Part shown: piece after piece, positions 1 through 10,223 of the stretch
How positions within the stretch are numbered: position 1 is the first letter of the stretch
Layout of the letters: the number at the start of each line of letters is the position of its first letter
Assembly: GCA_965205485.1 (NCBI GenBank)
Contig: OZ242180.1
Coordinates: 3,264,001-3,328,000 of the forward strand
Source: Candidatus Latescibacterota bacterium
Lineage (GTDB): Bacteria; Latescibacterota; UBA2968; GCA-2709665
Length of the DNA stretch: 64,000 nucleotides
Direction: 5' to 3'
The notes under the pieces: model-generated
Told to the model about the DNA's origin: nothing
The model's input: the letters and a program-made list of their open reading frames with translations, nothing else
Database searches by the model: none
Translations under genes and position numbers: made by a program

Positions 1-635
1 CCCTCCCGGTTCATGAGCGCCAGGGCCTCGGCGATTTCGTGGCCCTCCGGAGGCGTGACGCCGTTTTGCACGCCGGTTGCAAAATCCGGAGTATTGCCGA
101 GGTCCTGAAGTGCGTCGTTCCGGAATACGAAAAGGCCGGACAGCGCCGTCCCGGTGGAAGACCGGGGCTTCCAGGTGTAATCGACGACATTTCCCACGGT
201 ATCGGTTTCAATGCGGATGCGCCGGTTGAGCTGTTCGCTGTGGTGGACGGCGGCGACCGACCGGCCGGAGAAGCCGTCCAGGAGTTGAGTAAGGACCGTC
301 GGTTCAAAGAAGAGGTCGCCGTACGCGACAAGGAAGTCGTCTCTCCCGATAAATCCTGCGGCGGCGCAGACGGCGTGTGCCGTGCCGAGTTGCTCCGGCT
401 GTTCAATATAGGCGATTTCGCATTCGAACCGGCGGCCGTCGGAAAAATGGCTGCGTATCCTTCCGTCTCGATGGCCGACAACAATGCCGACGTCCGTGAT
501 GCCCACCGCCACGATTCGCTCCAGGACCCATTCCAGCAGCGGCCGGTTGCAGATGGGAAACATGGGTTTGGGCCGGTAGTGGCTGAAGGGATGGAAGCGA
601 TCGCCTTTGCCGGCGGCCAGGATGATGGCTTTCAC
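1..635 (-). CDS. NDP-sugar pyrophosphorylase / nucleotidyltransferase family protein (runs off window edge)
   Basis: Manual translation of the minus strand from GTG at 635 gives VKAIILAAGKGDRFHPFSHYRPKPMFPICNRPLLEW...EQPEQLGTAHAV, the NTP_transferase LAAGxGxR...PKP signature. Absent from the ORF track because it has no stop in the window. Confidence 0.85.
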   Translation of the reverse strand, partial: MKAIILAAGKGDRFHPFSHYRPKPMFPICNRPLLEWVLERIVAVGITDVGIVVGHRDGRIRSHFSDGRRFECEIAYIEQPEQLGTAHAVCAAAGFIGRDDFLVAYGDLFFEPTVLTQLLDGFSGRSVAAVHHSEQLNRRIRIETDTVGNVVDYTWKPRSSTGTALSGLFVFRNDALQDLGNTPDFATGVQNGVTPPEGHEIAEALALMNRE

Positions 636-702
636 GTGCAAACTCCCGGAAATACGGTTCGTTGGTATGAATGCGGTTCGGGCGCGGACGGTACCGGATA
701 CG

Positions 703-1593
703 CTACCGGATGGGCTCCGGATCGATAGGGATCACTGGCACGTCGGTGAGATCCTCCGCAAAGACGATCTGGCCTTCGAAGATGCGCGCGGCCTCGGCCA
801 CGAGGCGCTCCCGGACGCCTGGCGGCTCCAGCTGTTCGGTAACGTGGGTCAGGACGAGCGTGCCGACGCCCGCCTCGCGGGCGGTCCGGGCGGCGTCCAG
901 GTGTCCGGAACAGCAGCCCGTGATGCGCGGGTCCAGTTCCACGTCGTTGATCAGGTGGCACATATGGATGAGCACGTCCGCGCCCCGCGCCAGGTCTGTG
1001 AGGCGGCTCGTGGGCGCCGTATCTCCGCCGAAGACGATCGTCCCGTAGGGGGTGTCCAGCCGGTAGGCCAGGCACGTGAGCTGTGGTTGAACATGCAAGA
1101 CTTCGGCCGTTTCGAGCCGCCAGTTCCCGGCCTGAATGCTCGAGCCGTCCGCCACTTCGGTGACGACGGGTTCGGGCCGTTTCCGGGGAAGGATCCCGCC
1201 CCGACGTTCGTACACGAATTCGCTTCCCGGATGCCGTGTTCTCGCCTCGAGGTCCGGCCCGAAGGCGCCGTCGCAGCCCAGGAGCCTTTCCGTCATGCGT
1301 TTCAGCGGTGCCGGCCCGTAGACGTGGAGCTCGGGGATCTTTCCCGCGCCCTGGTCCCACCGTGTAAGCACGATACACGCGTAGTCCACGCTATGATCGT
1401 AGTGGAGGTGGGTAAGAAAGAGACGCGTCAGCGCTTCGGGCGGCGTCTCTGCTTCGAGGAGGCGCCTTGCTATACCCGGGCCGCAGTCGAACAGCAGGAC
1501 TTCCTCGTCGAACGTCACGAGATAGCCGGAGCCCGCGCGATGCGCGAGCGGGGTGGGGGTTCCGGTGCCAAGAAGGGTCAGTTTCAGAGACAT
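703..1593 (-). CDS. MBL-fold metallo-hydrolase (RNase Z/arylsulfatase-like)
   Basis: LLGTGTP start, FDCGPG, THLHYDH metal motif, GDT and LTH motifs. Confidence 0.85.
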   Translation of the reverse strand: MSLKLTLLGTGTPTPLAHRAGSGYLVTFDEEVLLFDCGPGIARRLLEAETPPEALTRLFLTHLHYDHSVDYACIVLTRWDQGAGKIPELHVYGPAPLKRMTERLLGCDGAFGPDLEARTRHPGSEFVYERRGGILPRKRPEPVVTEVADGSSIQAGNWRLETAEVLHVQPQLTCLAYRLDTPYGTIVFGGDTAPTSRLTDLARGADVLIHMCHLINDVELDPRITGCCSGHLDAARTAREAGVGTLVLTHVTEQLEPPGVRERLVAEAARIFEGQIVFAEDLTDVPVIPIDPEPIR

Positions 1594-1619
1594 GAGACGG
1601 GTATCCGTAGTCTTCGCGT

Positions 1620-2639
1620 TTACCGGTCCACGTCGGCTTCGAAGTGGCGGATGAGGGGGGCGAGTTCGATCCAGAATGCCTCGGGTATATCGACGTCACC
1701 CGCGCTGGCGTTGACCCGGGCTTCGGCCGGTACGCGTGCACCGGGTATGGTGGCAGCCACCTTGGGGTGACGCGTGCACCACTGCAGAGCCGCGGCAACC
1801 AGCGGTACGTCGTGGCTCGCGCACAGGTCCTGGATTCTTGCAACCTGGTCCAGGCAATTCGGGCTGAAATTTCGGGCGAGGTAGTTGATGCCGTCCACGG
1901 GGCCCGTGGCGAGCAGGCCGCGTTCAACCGGCGTGGCAATCACGAGACCCACGTCATGCTTGACTGCCGCCGGCAGGATCCGGTCTTCCGCAAGCTGATT
2001 GATCAGGCTGAGCGCCTCGGGAACCACGGCGGCATCGAACTCTCCGGTTTCGATGTACCGGGCGTTGGTGTGGGGGTCGTTGGTGGCGGTGCCGACAAAA
2101 CGCGTGACGCCCGTATCCTGGAGTCTTCGAAGGGCGCCGAGGGCACGGTCCTTCCCCATGACTTCATCGATGGGTACGTCCATGGCATCGTGGATATAGA
2201 GAACGTCGAAGGCGTCGATTCCCAAACGCCGCCGGCTCTCCTCCACCTGCCGCATGACGGCGTCGTAGGAATGGTCCAGACCCGCCGCCGTCTGCCCGAC
2301 CTTCGTGGTGACCGTACACCGTTCCGCGAGGTCGGGACGCTGCCGCAGGGCCTCGCCGATAATGGATTCGCTGTTGCCCGAACCGTACAGCGGGGCGGTA
2401 TCGATGAGGGTGGATCCCGCTTCGATCGCCGCATGCACCGTTGCAATTCCCAGTTCGATTTCCATATGGCTGGAACGCCCGGAGGCTTCGCCGGAAGACG
2501 TGGGCGGATCCGCTGTCCATGATTCCATGAAATCGTATTCGGTTGCCGCGCGGTTCGCGTCAGCAATGCCGATAAAGCCTGTACCCAGGCCCACGATGGG
2601 GACTTCCAGGCCGGTTCGGCCGAGTCTTCCGGTCTTCAT
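1620..2639 (-). CDS. Aldo/keto reductase
   Basis: LGRTGLEV start, IDTAPLYGSGNSE, TKVG, LYIHD, IPGAR. Confidence 0.9.
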   Translation of the reverse strand: MKTGRLGRTGLEVPIVGLGTGFIGIADANRAATEYDFMESWTADPPTSSGEASGRSSHMEIELGIATVHAAIEAGSTLIDTAPLYGSGNSESIIGEALRQRPDLAERCTVTTKVGQTAAGLDHSYDAVMRQVEESRRRLGIDAFDVLYIHDAMDVPIDEVMGKDRALGALRRLQDTGVTRFVGTATNDPHTNARYIETGEFDAAVVPEALSLINQLAEDRILPAAVKHDVGLVIATPVERGLLATGPVDGINYLARNFSPNCLDQVARIQDLCASHDVPLVAAALQWCTRHPKVAATIPGARVPAEARVNASAGDVDIPEAFWIELAPLIRHFEADVDR

Positions 2640-2843
2640 CGGCGGGCCTCACAGATGATTGGGATTGCGGAGTCGGCGCCGGACTTTCAGGGCCGCGTTC
2701 GGTGCGGCGTCCAAGATAGCATGCGCCCGTTACGGGCGCAACAGGCTTCTGGTCACCGGTCAATATCCTTATTCCGCGCTTGCCTTTGGTCACCGGGGGT
2801 ATTATCATAATTCCGTTCTGCGCCGGTACAGTTTCAACCCTAC

Positions 2844-3002
2844 CAGCCCGTTGAAAAATCCATCCGGGCTACGGCCGGCCCTTGCGGTCGAAAACCTGCG
2901 TTGCGCTCCCTCGCCGAATCACAGGATGGGACTCGGTCGCGCGCCTTGCCTTCGGCCACAATGGCTCGGCCTCGCCTGCAGAGCGACTTTATCAACGGAC
3001 TG
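2844..3002. mobile_element. MITE family B, copy 1 (159 bp)
   Basis: Imperfect terminal inverted repeats CAGCCCGTTGAAAAA / TTTATCAACGGACTG with CTAC on both sides (4-bp target duplication). Homologous to 33301-33399. Confidence 0.75.
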
Positions 3003-3024
3003 CTACGCCATCAAGGAGGCGGGT

Positions 3025-3990
3025 ATGCGAAATCGATATTGGTGCGCGGTGGTTGCGGGATGCGTGATCGCAATCACCCCGGCCCTCGCGGAGAAAGCGG
3101 CCGAAGGAGACAGATGGTGGCCCTCGGAGTGGGGACCGGAAGATCAGCGGGGAGCGGCAAACCGGCTGACGCCGCAGAAGGTAATGGCGGCCGCGAAATT
3201 GATCCGGACGGGAAAGACCTACCAGCTCGGACGGGTATACGAACCGGGCATTCCGCTTTTCGGCAACCGTCACTACAGTCTGACCATTCCCGGCTCGCCA
3301 ACCGGAGGCCCCGTCGGCGAGAACCAGCTGATCTGGTACGACGAGATGTTCAGCGGCGAGATCGGACAGGTGGGGACCCAGTTCGACGGATTGGGTCATA
3401 TCGGTACCCGTAAAGGCGACCAGGACGTCTTTTACAATGGATTTACACGGTCTCAGGTAGGGACGGCTTACGGACTCGAGAAACTCGGAATCGAAAACGT
3501 CGGAGTGATCTTTACCCGTGGCGTGCTGGTGGACGTGGCGAAGTACAAGGGGCTGGAGCGGCTGGAGGTGGGCTACGTGATCAGCGCGGCCGACATCGAG
3601 GGGGCCTTGAAAAAGCAGGCGGTGGCGGTCACGGAAGGCGACATCGTGCTGATCCGCACGGGCCACGGAAAACTGTGGATGGTCGACAACGAGACCTACA
3701 ACTCGGGCCAGCCAGGCATCGGTCTGGAAGCCGCGCGTTGGCTGCTTGAGAGGAAGATCGTCATGGTCGGCGCCGATACCTGGGCGGTCGAGGCTGTGCC
3801 CGGTGAAGACGCGGAAGGCGCATTCCGCGTGCACGAGTTGCTGATCCAGCGTAACGGGGTCTATATCCTTGAGAACCTGGACCTGGACGGCCTGGCGGCG
3901 GACGATGTTTACGAGTTCGCGTTCGTATTTGCGCCGCTGCGGCTGAAGGGCGCTACCGGGTCACCGGGAAATCCGTTCGCAGTCAGGTAG
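3025..3990 (+). CDS. Secreted cyclase-family (kynurenine formamidase-like) metal-dependent hydrolase
   Basis: AGGAGG RBS before ATG 3025; signal peptide MRNRYWCAVVAGCVIAITPALA; QVGTQFDGLGH, RGVLVD, ENLDL and GATGSPGNP motifs. Confidence 0.85.
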   Translation: MRNRYWCAVVAGCVIAITPALAEKAAEGDRWWPSEWGPEDQRGAANRLTPQKVMAAAKLIRTGKTYQLGRVYEPGIPLFGNRHYSLTIPGSPTGGPVGENQLIWYDEMFSGEIGQVGTQFDGLGHIGTRKGDQDVFYNGFTRSQVGTAYGLEKLGIENVGVIFTRGVLVDVAKYKGLERLEVGYVISAADIEGALKKQAVAVTEGDIVLIRTGHGKLWMVDNETYNSGQPGIGLEAARWLLERKIVMVGADTWAVEAVPGEDAEGAFRVHELLIQRNGVYILENLDLDGLAADDVYEFAFVFAPLRLKGATGSPGNPFAVR

Positions 3991-4042
3991 ACCGTTCCTG
4001 GTTCGACCGTGTGCATGTGCGGTCGCGCGCAACGGTACAGAT

Positions 4043-5527
4043 GTGGGGAATCTCGTGACTCAGGATGAACAGAAACAGCGATTTCCGGAACTGGCGCCTG
4101 AGTTGAGCTCGCGGCGGGCGATGGACTTCCTGAAGTTCTTCGGGCCCGGAGCCGTGATCGCGTCGGTGACGATCGGGAGTGGGGAGACGGTGTGGGCGTC
4201 GCGCAGCGGGGCGATTTTCGGCTATGCGATGTTCTGGGCGTTCAGTCTCTTCTGTCTCACGAAGGGGGTGCAGGTCTACACCGCGGCGCGGTACATGACG
4301 CTCACCGGCGAACATCCGATGGAGCGGTGGGCAGCCTTGCCCGGTCCGCGCGGGCTGTTTCCGGGCATCATCGGCGTGGTGGTTATGGTGGCATTTCCAT
4401 TCTATCTGGCTAGCCTCCCGATCATGCTCGGCACGATCACGTCGTGGGTGCTGTTCGGTGACCCGGGGTTGTACCCCCACGCCATCGCGATCGCGTTCAT
4501 CGTACTGCTTGCGGCGTTGACCCTGATGCAGAGTTACGGGTTTCTGGAACGCGTTCAGTTGACGCTCGTCGGCTCAATGCTGGTGGTCATGCTGATCGCG
4601 ACGATTGCCGTCAATCCGGACTGGCTGTCTGTACTTGCCGGCGCGATAACGCCTGCCCTGCCGGATTACCCTCAGTGGGTCAAGTCGAACCCGGCATTTG
4701 CCGACCGTACGCTGATCGTGGAGATGGTCGCGTATATGGGCGTCATGGGCGGTGGCGTACAGGATTACGTGGGCTATCTGGGCATGTTGAGAGAAAAGGC
4801 ATGGGGTTTGATCGGCAGGGCGACGGGTGGAAGCCGGAGGCCGGCGCCGGCCGACGACGAGAGCAACGTGCAACTGGGGCTCAGGTGGTTGAAGGCCCCA
4901 CTCATCGACTGTACGGTATCCTTCGGCAGTGTGCTGGTGTTCACCGCGACGTTTCTCATCCTCGGGGCAACGCTGCTGCATACGAACCGGATCGTCCCGT
5001 CCGGAATGGATCTCTACAACTACCAGGTGGTTTTCCTCACGCAGCTTCATCCGGGCCGGACGGCGCAACTCCTCCTGTCGGCGCTTTACAAGGCCGGTGT
5101 TTTCTTCGCGATATTCGGTACGGTCTACGGCGCGTTCGAACTTTACGTGAGGACCGCGCACGAATGCGTTCGTTCCACACGGCCGCAGTGGCGGGACCTC
5201 ACCCTGGGCAGGATGCGACTGTGGACGCTTGGCTATTCGGGCGTCGCGGCAATAGGGCTCGTGATCTACGCCTGGTGGACGGCAACCCAGGATCCCCGCG
5301 GCGTGGGATGGAACCCGATTTCAATGATGACCATCCCGCTCCACGTCACCGGGGTCCTGCTGGCCGGGCCATGGTGCTTTGCCATGGTATGGACGGATCG
5401 CAGATACCTTCCCCGACCGTTCAGGATGGGTCACGTGCTCGTCACGCTCAATATTCTGTGCGGCATCGTGTTCACGTACTTTGGCGTCCTGGCCGTTATC
5501 GAGGATTTCAAACCGTTCTTCCGGTAA
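4043..5527 (+). CDS. Nramp-like / APC superfamily membrane transporter
   Basis: About 11 hydrophobic segments; N-terminal GPGAVIASVTIGSGE motif. Confidence 0.75.
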   Translation: MGNLVTQDEQKQRFPELAPELSSRRAMDFLKFFGPGAVIASVTIGSGETVWASRSGAIFGYAMFWAFSLFCLTKGVQVYTAARYMTLTGEHPMERWAALPGPRGLFPGIIGVVVMVAFPFYLASLPIMLGTITSWVLFGDPGLYPHAIAIAFIVLLAALTLMQSYGFLERVQLTLVGSMLVVMLIATIAVNPDWLSVLAGAITPALPDYPQWVKSNPAFADRTLIVEMVAYMGVMGGGVQDYVGYLGMLREKAWGLIGRATGGSRRPAPADDESNVQLGLRWLKAPLIDCTVSFGSVLVFTATFLILGATLLHTNRIVPSGMDLYNYQVVFLTQLHPGRTAQLLLSALYKAGVFFAIFGTVYGAFELYVRTAHECVRSTRPQWRDLTLGRMRLWTLGYSGVAAIGLVIYAWWTATQDPRGVGWNPISMMTIPLHVTGVLLAGPWCFAMVWTDRRYLPRPFRMGHVLVTLNILCGIVFTYFGVLAVIEDFKPFFR

Positions 5528-5586
5528 CGGCGCGTACGCGGGACGACCCCACTCTCACGTCAGATGACATCCGTTGTCCATCCGCC

Positions 5587-7773
5587 ATGAAGTCCAATTC
5601 CGAGACCGGGAGTGGCCCGGCCGGGTTCATACTGAGGGACGTCTGTCTTGCCGGAATGGCCCTTGCGCTCGTTGCGACGGCTGTCCTGGCACTGCCGGGC
5701 CGGCTGGGCAGAGGCGAGCGGCTGGATCGGCTGGGGCGGGCTGAGGCCCTGATCGCCCGTACCGCGTACCGGAACGCGTTGCAGATGCTGTCCGGAATGG
5801 AACTGACCGGAATGGACGACTGGGCGGCTCGCAGGGCGCGGCTTCAGCGGGCGCTGTGTCTGAAGGCGCTCGGGCGCTTTGAAGACGCACTGACCGGATT
5901 TCGCGCCGTGGAGACGGCGTCCGAGTCCATTCGCGACTACATGGATTTCTGGCTGGCAGAATGCCACCGGGAGCTCGGACGGCCCGACAGCGCACTGGTG
6001 TATTATACGCGGGTTGTCGATGCGCGGCCATCGGGTCGCCTGTTGGAAGACGCGGCGCTCCTGGCGGCCGGACTTCATTTGCAGGCGGGAGACGCGCCGG
6101 CGGCCGCGCTGATGTACCGCCGGTTGCCCGACGGAAGCGAGCAGAAGGTGAGGGCGCTGGCGGGCCTTGCAACCGCGCTGGACGTTTCCGGAGATCCCGC
6201 GGAGGCGCGGCGAATCCGGCTGCGCGTGGTGCGCGACCACCCGGAGTCGCCGGAGTCGCTGGCCGCGCTGGATTCGTTGGGGCGGTTGAATACGGTGCAG
6301 GAACGGTTTAACGGGGCGATCGCGTACTCGAGCCATGGACGTTTTCAGGAAGCCGTGCGACTGTTCCGTCAAATCGTCAGGGAGTCCGGTCAGGCCGGCT
6401 GGCGGGGTCGGGCGCAACACGAACTGGGGCTTGCACACTTCAGACAAAGGGAATACCGAACGGCGCAACGGGCGTTTCAGGATGCCCATCGGCGGTTTCG
6501 GGTGCCTGAGGCGCTATTCTATCTGGGGCGCTGTTCCGTAAAGCTGGGGCGTGATATCAAGGCGGCCGGACAGTTCCAATCCTTCGCACGCCGGTATCCC
6601 GCGACCCCCGGGGCTGCGGAAGCGCTCTGGCAGGCGGCAATGGCCTATGAGCGGCGGGGGAGGCGCGCAAAGGCGCGCGAGGTGTTTCTGCATCTTTCTG
6701 CCCGATACCCCAAAAGCGGTCTCGCGGACCGCGCCAGGTGGCGGGCGGGCTATGCGCTCTACCGTCTGGGGCGGTTCGAAGAGGCGGCGCGGGTCTTTGT
6801 GCAGCTGGCGGACCGGACGTCGGAAAACTACATGCGGGACCAGGGCGCCTACTGGGCCGGCAAGGCCTATGGGCGAGCCGGTCGTCCTGAGACGGGCGCC
6901 AGATGGCTGCGGCGTGCGGCAGCGGGTTTTCCAACCTCGTACTATGCTTCCCGGGCGCGCGCGATTCTGAAGTTGAAGGACCGCGCGCATCAACCGGTTC
7001 CGGCATCTCCGGGCGCGCGCAAGCGGCTGCCGATGTATGTACCGTCGCCGTTTCTGTTGAAAGGAGACAGGCTGGCGGACCTGGGGCTTTACGAGGAATC
7101 CGAACAGGAATACAGACTCGCGGGTTGGGCACACAGAAACGAGATACACGCTCTGGGTGAGCTGCAGCGGCGATTCGAACGTATCGGCGCCATGAACCAG
7201 GCGTTCCGGATCTCCGGCCGGATCGTCAATCTGGAACGCGAACGGGGAACACCGGTTTCACTCGCTTCGTTTCGCAGACTGTACCCGATCTACTACTGGG
7301 GCGAAATAAGCCGGGCCGCCCGGGGCCTCGGATTGGACCCCAACCTTGTTCTCGCGATCATACGCCAGGAAAGCGCATTCGATGAAATGGCGTTGTCCAG
7401 AGCGGGCGCCCGCGGGTTGATGCAGGTGATGCCGGCAACGGGACGTCAGGTTGCGCGAAAACTGCGTCTCAAGGGTTTTTCTGCCGAAGACCTGTGGGAT
7501 CCGAACACGTCCATTCGGCTAGGGGCCAGTCACCTTGCCGATCACTTCAGGTATTTCAGAAACAGCAGGGACCGAAGGCTCGGCCTGGCTTTGTCGGCTT
7601 ACAACGCGGGATTGGATGCGGCGCGGAAGTGGTCCGGTCGGCTCCCGGCGAACGACGTGGACGAGTTCGTCGAGAGCATTCCGTACCGGGAAACACGCAA
7701 TTACGTCAAGCTGGTGTATCGGAATTATCAGGTTTATTCGTATCTGGAGCAGGCGACGGACGCGGGCGGATAG
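5587..7773 (+). CDS. slt: TPR-containing soluble lytic murein transglycosylase (SLT domain)
   Basis: N-terminal TM anchor, TPR-like helices, C-terminal IRQESAF, GARGLMQVMP, AYNAG and IPYRETRNYV. Start placed at ATG 5587 after the upstream gene. Confidence 0.85.
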   Translation: MKSNSETGSGPAGFILRDVCLAGMALALVATAVLALPGRLGRGERLDRLGRAEALIARTAYRNALQMLSGMELTGMDDWAARRARLQRALCLKALGRFEDALTGFRAVETASESIRDYMDFWLAECHRELGRPDSALVYYTRVVDARPSGRLLEDAALLAAGLHLQAGDAPAAALMYRRLPDGSEQKVRALAGLATALDVSGDPAEARRIRLRVVRDHPESPESLAALDSLGRLNTVQERFNGAIAYSSHGRFQEAVRLFRQIVRESGQAGWRGRAQHELGLAHFRQREYRTAQRAFQDAHRRFRVPEALFYLGRCSVKLGRDIKAAGQFQSFARRYPATPGAAEALWQAAMAYERRGRRAKAREVFLHLSARYPKSGLADRARWRAGYALYRLGRFEEAARVFVQLADRTSENYMRDQGAYWAGKAYGRAGRPETGARWLRRAAAGFPTSYYASRARAILKLKDRAHQPVPASPGARKRLPMYVPSPFLLKGDRLADLGLYEESEQEYRLAGWAHRNEIHALGELQRRFERIGAMNQAFRISGRIVNLERERGTPVSLASFRRLYPIYYWGEISRAARGLGLDPNLVLAIIRQESAFDEMALSRAGARGLMQVMPATGRQVARKLRLKGFSAEDLWDPNTSIRLGASHLADHFRYFRNSRDRRLGLALSAYNAGLDAARKWSGRLPANDVDEFVESIPYRETRNYVKLVYRNYQVYSYLEQATDAGG

Positions 7774-7821
7774 CGCGCAGGGGTCGCCTGGCGCCACGCC
7801 GGAACCATCGGAGGTTACACC

Positions 7822-8037
7822 ATGTCAAAAGGCGATGAACGCCGCATCTGGGTGGCGCTGGAGGACTTGTTCATTCTGCTGTCGATATTCGCGCTCTGGC
7901 CCGTGATTCTGGGATGGGAAGGGTGGGTGTGGGAGGTGTTGAAATATCTTGCCGTGGGAGGTCTGGTCTGGATCTTCGTGCGTCGGGTGAGGCGTTACCA
8001 GCGCCGTCCGAAAGGCGATGGTTCCGGATCGGATTGA
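7822..8037 (+). CDS. Small two-TM hypothetical membrane protein
   Basis: GGAGG RBS, two hydrophobic helices, basic C-terminal tail. Confidence 0.65.
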   Translation: MSKGDERRIWVALEDLFILLSIFALWPVILGWEGWVWEVLKYLAVGGLVWIFVRRVRRYQRRPKGDGSGSD

Positions 8038-8086
8038 TCGACGGAACGCGCGCGGGACTCCGAATCTTCCAACCGCCATACCCGGT

Positions 8087-8677
8087 TCAGAGAAACCGGC
8101 TCAGCAACGGGAACGCGGACTGAAGGGCTTTTCCCCGGTGACTGAGCCGGTTTTTTACTTCGGGCGGCAGTTCCCCAAACGTCCGCCGTTCGCCCGAAAC
8201 CAGGAACAGGGGATCGTACCCGAATCCACCGGTTCCCCGCGGATTGCGCAGAATTCTTCCCTCGGCCGTACCCTGCGCCGTCTGAACGGTACCGTCGGGC
8301 GCGCCGACGGCAATCACGCAACGGAAACGCGCTGTACGTTGTTCGTCGGGGGTGTCTTCGAGGAGTCGGAGCAGTTTGCGGTTGTTCTGCTCGTCGGTGG
8401 CCTCTTCGCCAGCGAATCGCGCGGAATAGACTCCCGGAGCTCCGTCGAGCGCGTCCACCTCCAGGCCGGAGTCGTCGGCGAGGGACACGTGGCCCGTATG
8501 GTATGCTGCGGCAAGCGCTTTCTTGATTGCGTTGGCCTCGAACGTCCTGCCGTCCTCCACAATATCCCCGACGCCAGGGAAGTCGGCGAGAGAAAGCAGC
8601 CTGACTTCCGACCCGAGTATTTTCCGGATCTCTCTGAGCTTGCCCGGATTCTTCGTGGCGACCACGAGATACGTCAT
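8087..8677 (-). CDS. rdgB: Non-canonical purine NTP pyrophosphatase RdgB/HAM1
   Basis: ATKNPGK, ADDSGL, PGVYSAR, GFGYDPLF, SHRGKA. Confidence 0.95.
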   Translation of the reverse strand: MTYLVVATKNPGKLREIRKILGSEVRLLSLADFPGVGDIVEDGRTFEANAIKKALAAAYHTGHVSLADDSGLEVDALDGAPGVYSARFAGEEATDEQNNRKLLRLLEDTPDEQRTARFRCVIAVGAPDGTVQTAQGTAEGRILRNPRGTGGFGYDPLFLVSGERRTFGELPPEVKNRLSHRGKALQSAFPLLSRFL

Positions 8678-8768
8678 GGGATGCCCGCAATTGAAGTTGG
8701 AGCGCGACGTAGCGGAGGTGTGAATCTCTTATTGAAGCTTCCATCCCTTCCACGGACCCGGACCCCGC

Positions 8769-9644
8769 CTATAGCTCATGTTTGTGTTGTTCCCGATAGT
8801 CCGGCGCATGGATGCGGACGATATAACACATTTCGATGAACCGCGAGTAGATCCTGCCGTCCGCCAGATCCTTCACGTTTTCGATGTCCTGGTTCGTGGT
8901 TACAATCGTGAAACGACGGTTGGCATATCTCGTATCCACCAGGTTGTAGAGCATTTCCAGTTCCCATTCCGTGTTCCGCTGTACGCCGAAGTCGTCGATG
9001 ACGAGAAACGGTACGTTGCCCAGCGTTCGCAGAAAGGCCTCCGACTTGCCGTGCATGGGGCTGTTTTCGTCAAATGCGAATCGCAACGTCTGGAAGAATG
9101 TCTTTGACAGGCTGATGAATTTGCCCGGACGGCCGGAGTGGAAGATGAGTTCGTTGAGCGCAACATAGGAAAAGTAGGTTTTGCCAACACCTGGCTTGCC
9201 CGACAGAAAATACCCTCTCAGCGGTTGATTGGCGTCTGGGCCCGCTCCGCGTTGGTGCGAGGTGTTTAACCTGCGGGCACTCTTGATCTGTGTGCGCAGT
9301 TGCCGTTTGAGGTTGGCCGCCTTTCCCTCGTAATTTTCGTCGAAATCGTCCAGAAATTTGTACCGAAACGGTCCGGGGATGCCGGAGGTCCCGATAAGCC
9401 GGCTGATCTCCTGAGCCTTCAACCGGTAGCGCCTGCACGGACACCAGGTCGGTTCGGCATCCGGCCGCTGAAAAATCTGGTACGGCGGCCTGCCTCCGCA
9501 CCTGCAGTGCTTTTCGACCCTGGGAGAGAGTCTGATTTCGCCGTGCAGCCCAGCCGTGACCCGGGGATCGTAGAAGTATCCCGGATCGTTACCGGGAAGT
9601 TCGATCCGCGGGGACGGATCAGTTCCTGGTGAGCTGTCGTTCAT
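8769..9644 (-). CDS. DnaC/IstB-like AAA+ ATPase with N-terminal CxC...CxC
   Basis: Walker A GKPGVGKT, Walker B LVIDDFG, DTRY, IVTTN, RIYSRF and DYR motifs. Confidence 0.85.
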   Translation of the reverse strand: MNDSSPGTDPSPRIELPGNDPGYFYDPRVTAGLHGEIRLSPRVEKHCRCGGRPPYQIFQRPDAEPTWCPCRRYRLKAQEISRLIGTSGIPGPFRYKFLDDFDENYEGKAANLKRQLRTQIKSARRLNTSHQRGAGPDANQPLRGYFLSGKPGVGKTYFSYVALNELIFHSGRPGKFISLSKTFFQTLRFAFDENSPMHGKSEAFLRTLGNVPFLVIDDFGVQRNTEWELEMLYNLVDTRYANRRFTIVTTNQDIENVKDLADGRIYSRFIEMCYIVRIHAPDYREQHKHEL

Positions 9645-10123
9645 AAGTTCTGGTTTCGCGATCTCGTCTCTCGAATCTTGAGTTCCCGCCGCATTTCACG
9701 CTGTGCGTCGCGTTTGGCGATCTCCCGGCGCCGGTCGTATTCGCGCTTGCCCCTGGCAAGGGCGAGTTCGACCTTGGCCCTGCCGCGTTTGAAGTAGAGC
9801 TTCAGGGCGACAAGCGTCAGCCCCTTTTCTTCGGTGCGGACCCTGAGCCGGTCGATTTCGTACCTGTGCAGCAAGAGCCGTCGTTTGCGTACCGGATCGT
9901 GATTGAAGCGGTTGGCCTCGGTGTATTCGCCAATGTGGAGGTTGTGCAGGAAGACCTCGTTGCCTTCCACGCGGGCATAGCTGTCCGCCATATCGGCGTT
10001 GCCCAGGCGCAGTGATTTTACTTCCGTGCCCTTGAGTTCGACGCCGGCTTCATAGGTGTCGACTAAAGAATAGTCCCGCCTGGCTTTGCGGTTCTGCACG
10101 ACGATTTTTATGTTTTCGGGCAT
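9641..10123 (-). CDS. smpB: SsrA-binding protein SmpB
   Basis: NRKARRDY, EAGVELKGTEVKSLR, RKRRLLLH, GKREYDRR. Confidence 0.97.
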   Translation of the reverse strand: MPENIKIVVQNRKARRDYSLVDTYEAGVELKGTEVKSLRLGNADMADSYARVEGNEVFLHNLHIGEYTEANRFNHDPVRKRRLLLHRYEIDRLRVRTEEKGLTLVALKLYFKRGRAKVELALARGKREYDRRREIAKRDAQREMRRELKIRETRSRNQNL

Positions 10124-10223
10124 GGGAACAGGAGGGCGACAGGTTCCGGTTCCTTGGAAGCGGACGTTGTTTGACGCCTGCCACCCGGTCTCCGGGCGAA
10201 GCATTCCGAATCGAGCGAACCGG

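Noticed and set aside
4675..5586. 1032-aa version of the SLT ORF
   Set aside because: The first ~300 codons overlap the transporter gene in another frame and look non-protein-like.
8769..10123. Prophage or IS21 integrated near smpB/ssrA
   Set aside because: No integrase, IstA, att repeats, phage genes or recognisable tmRNA in the window.
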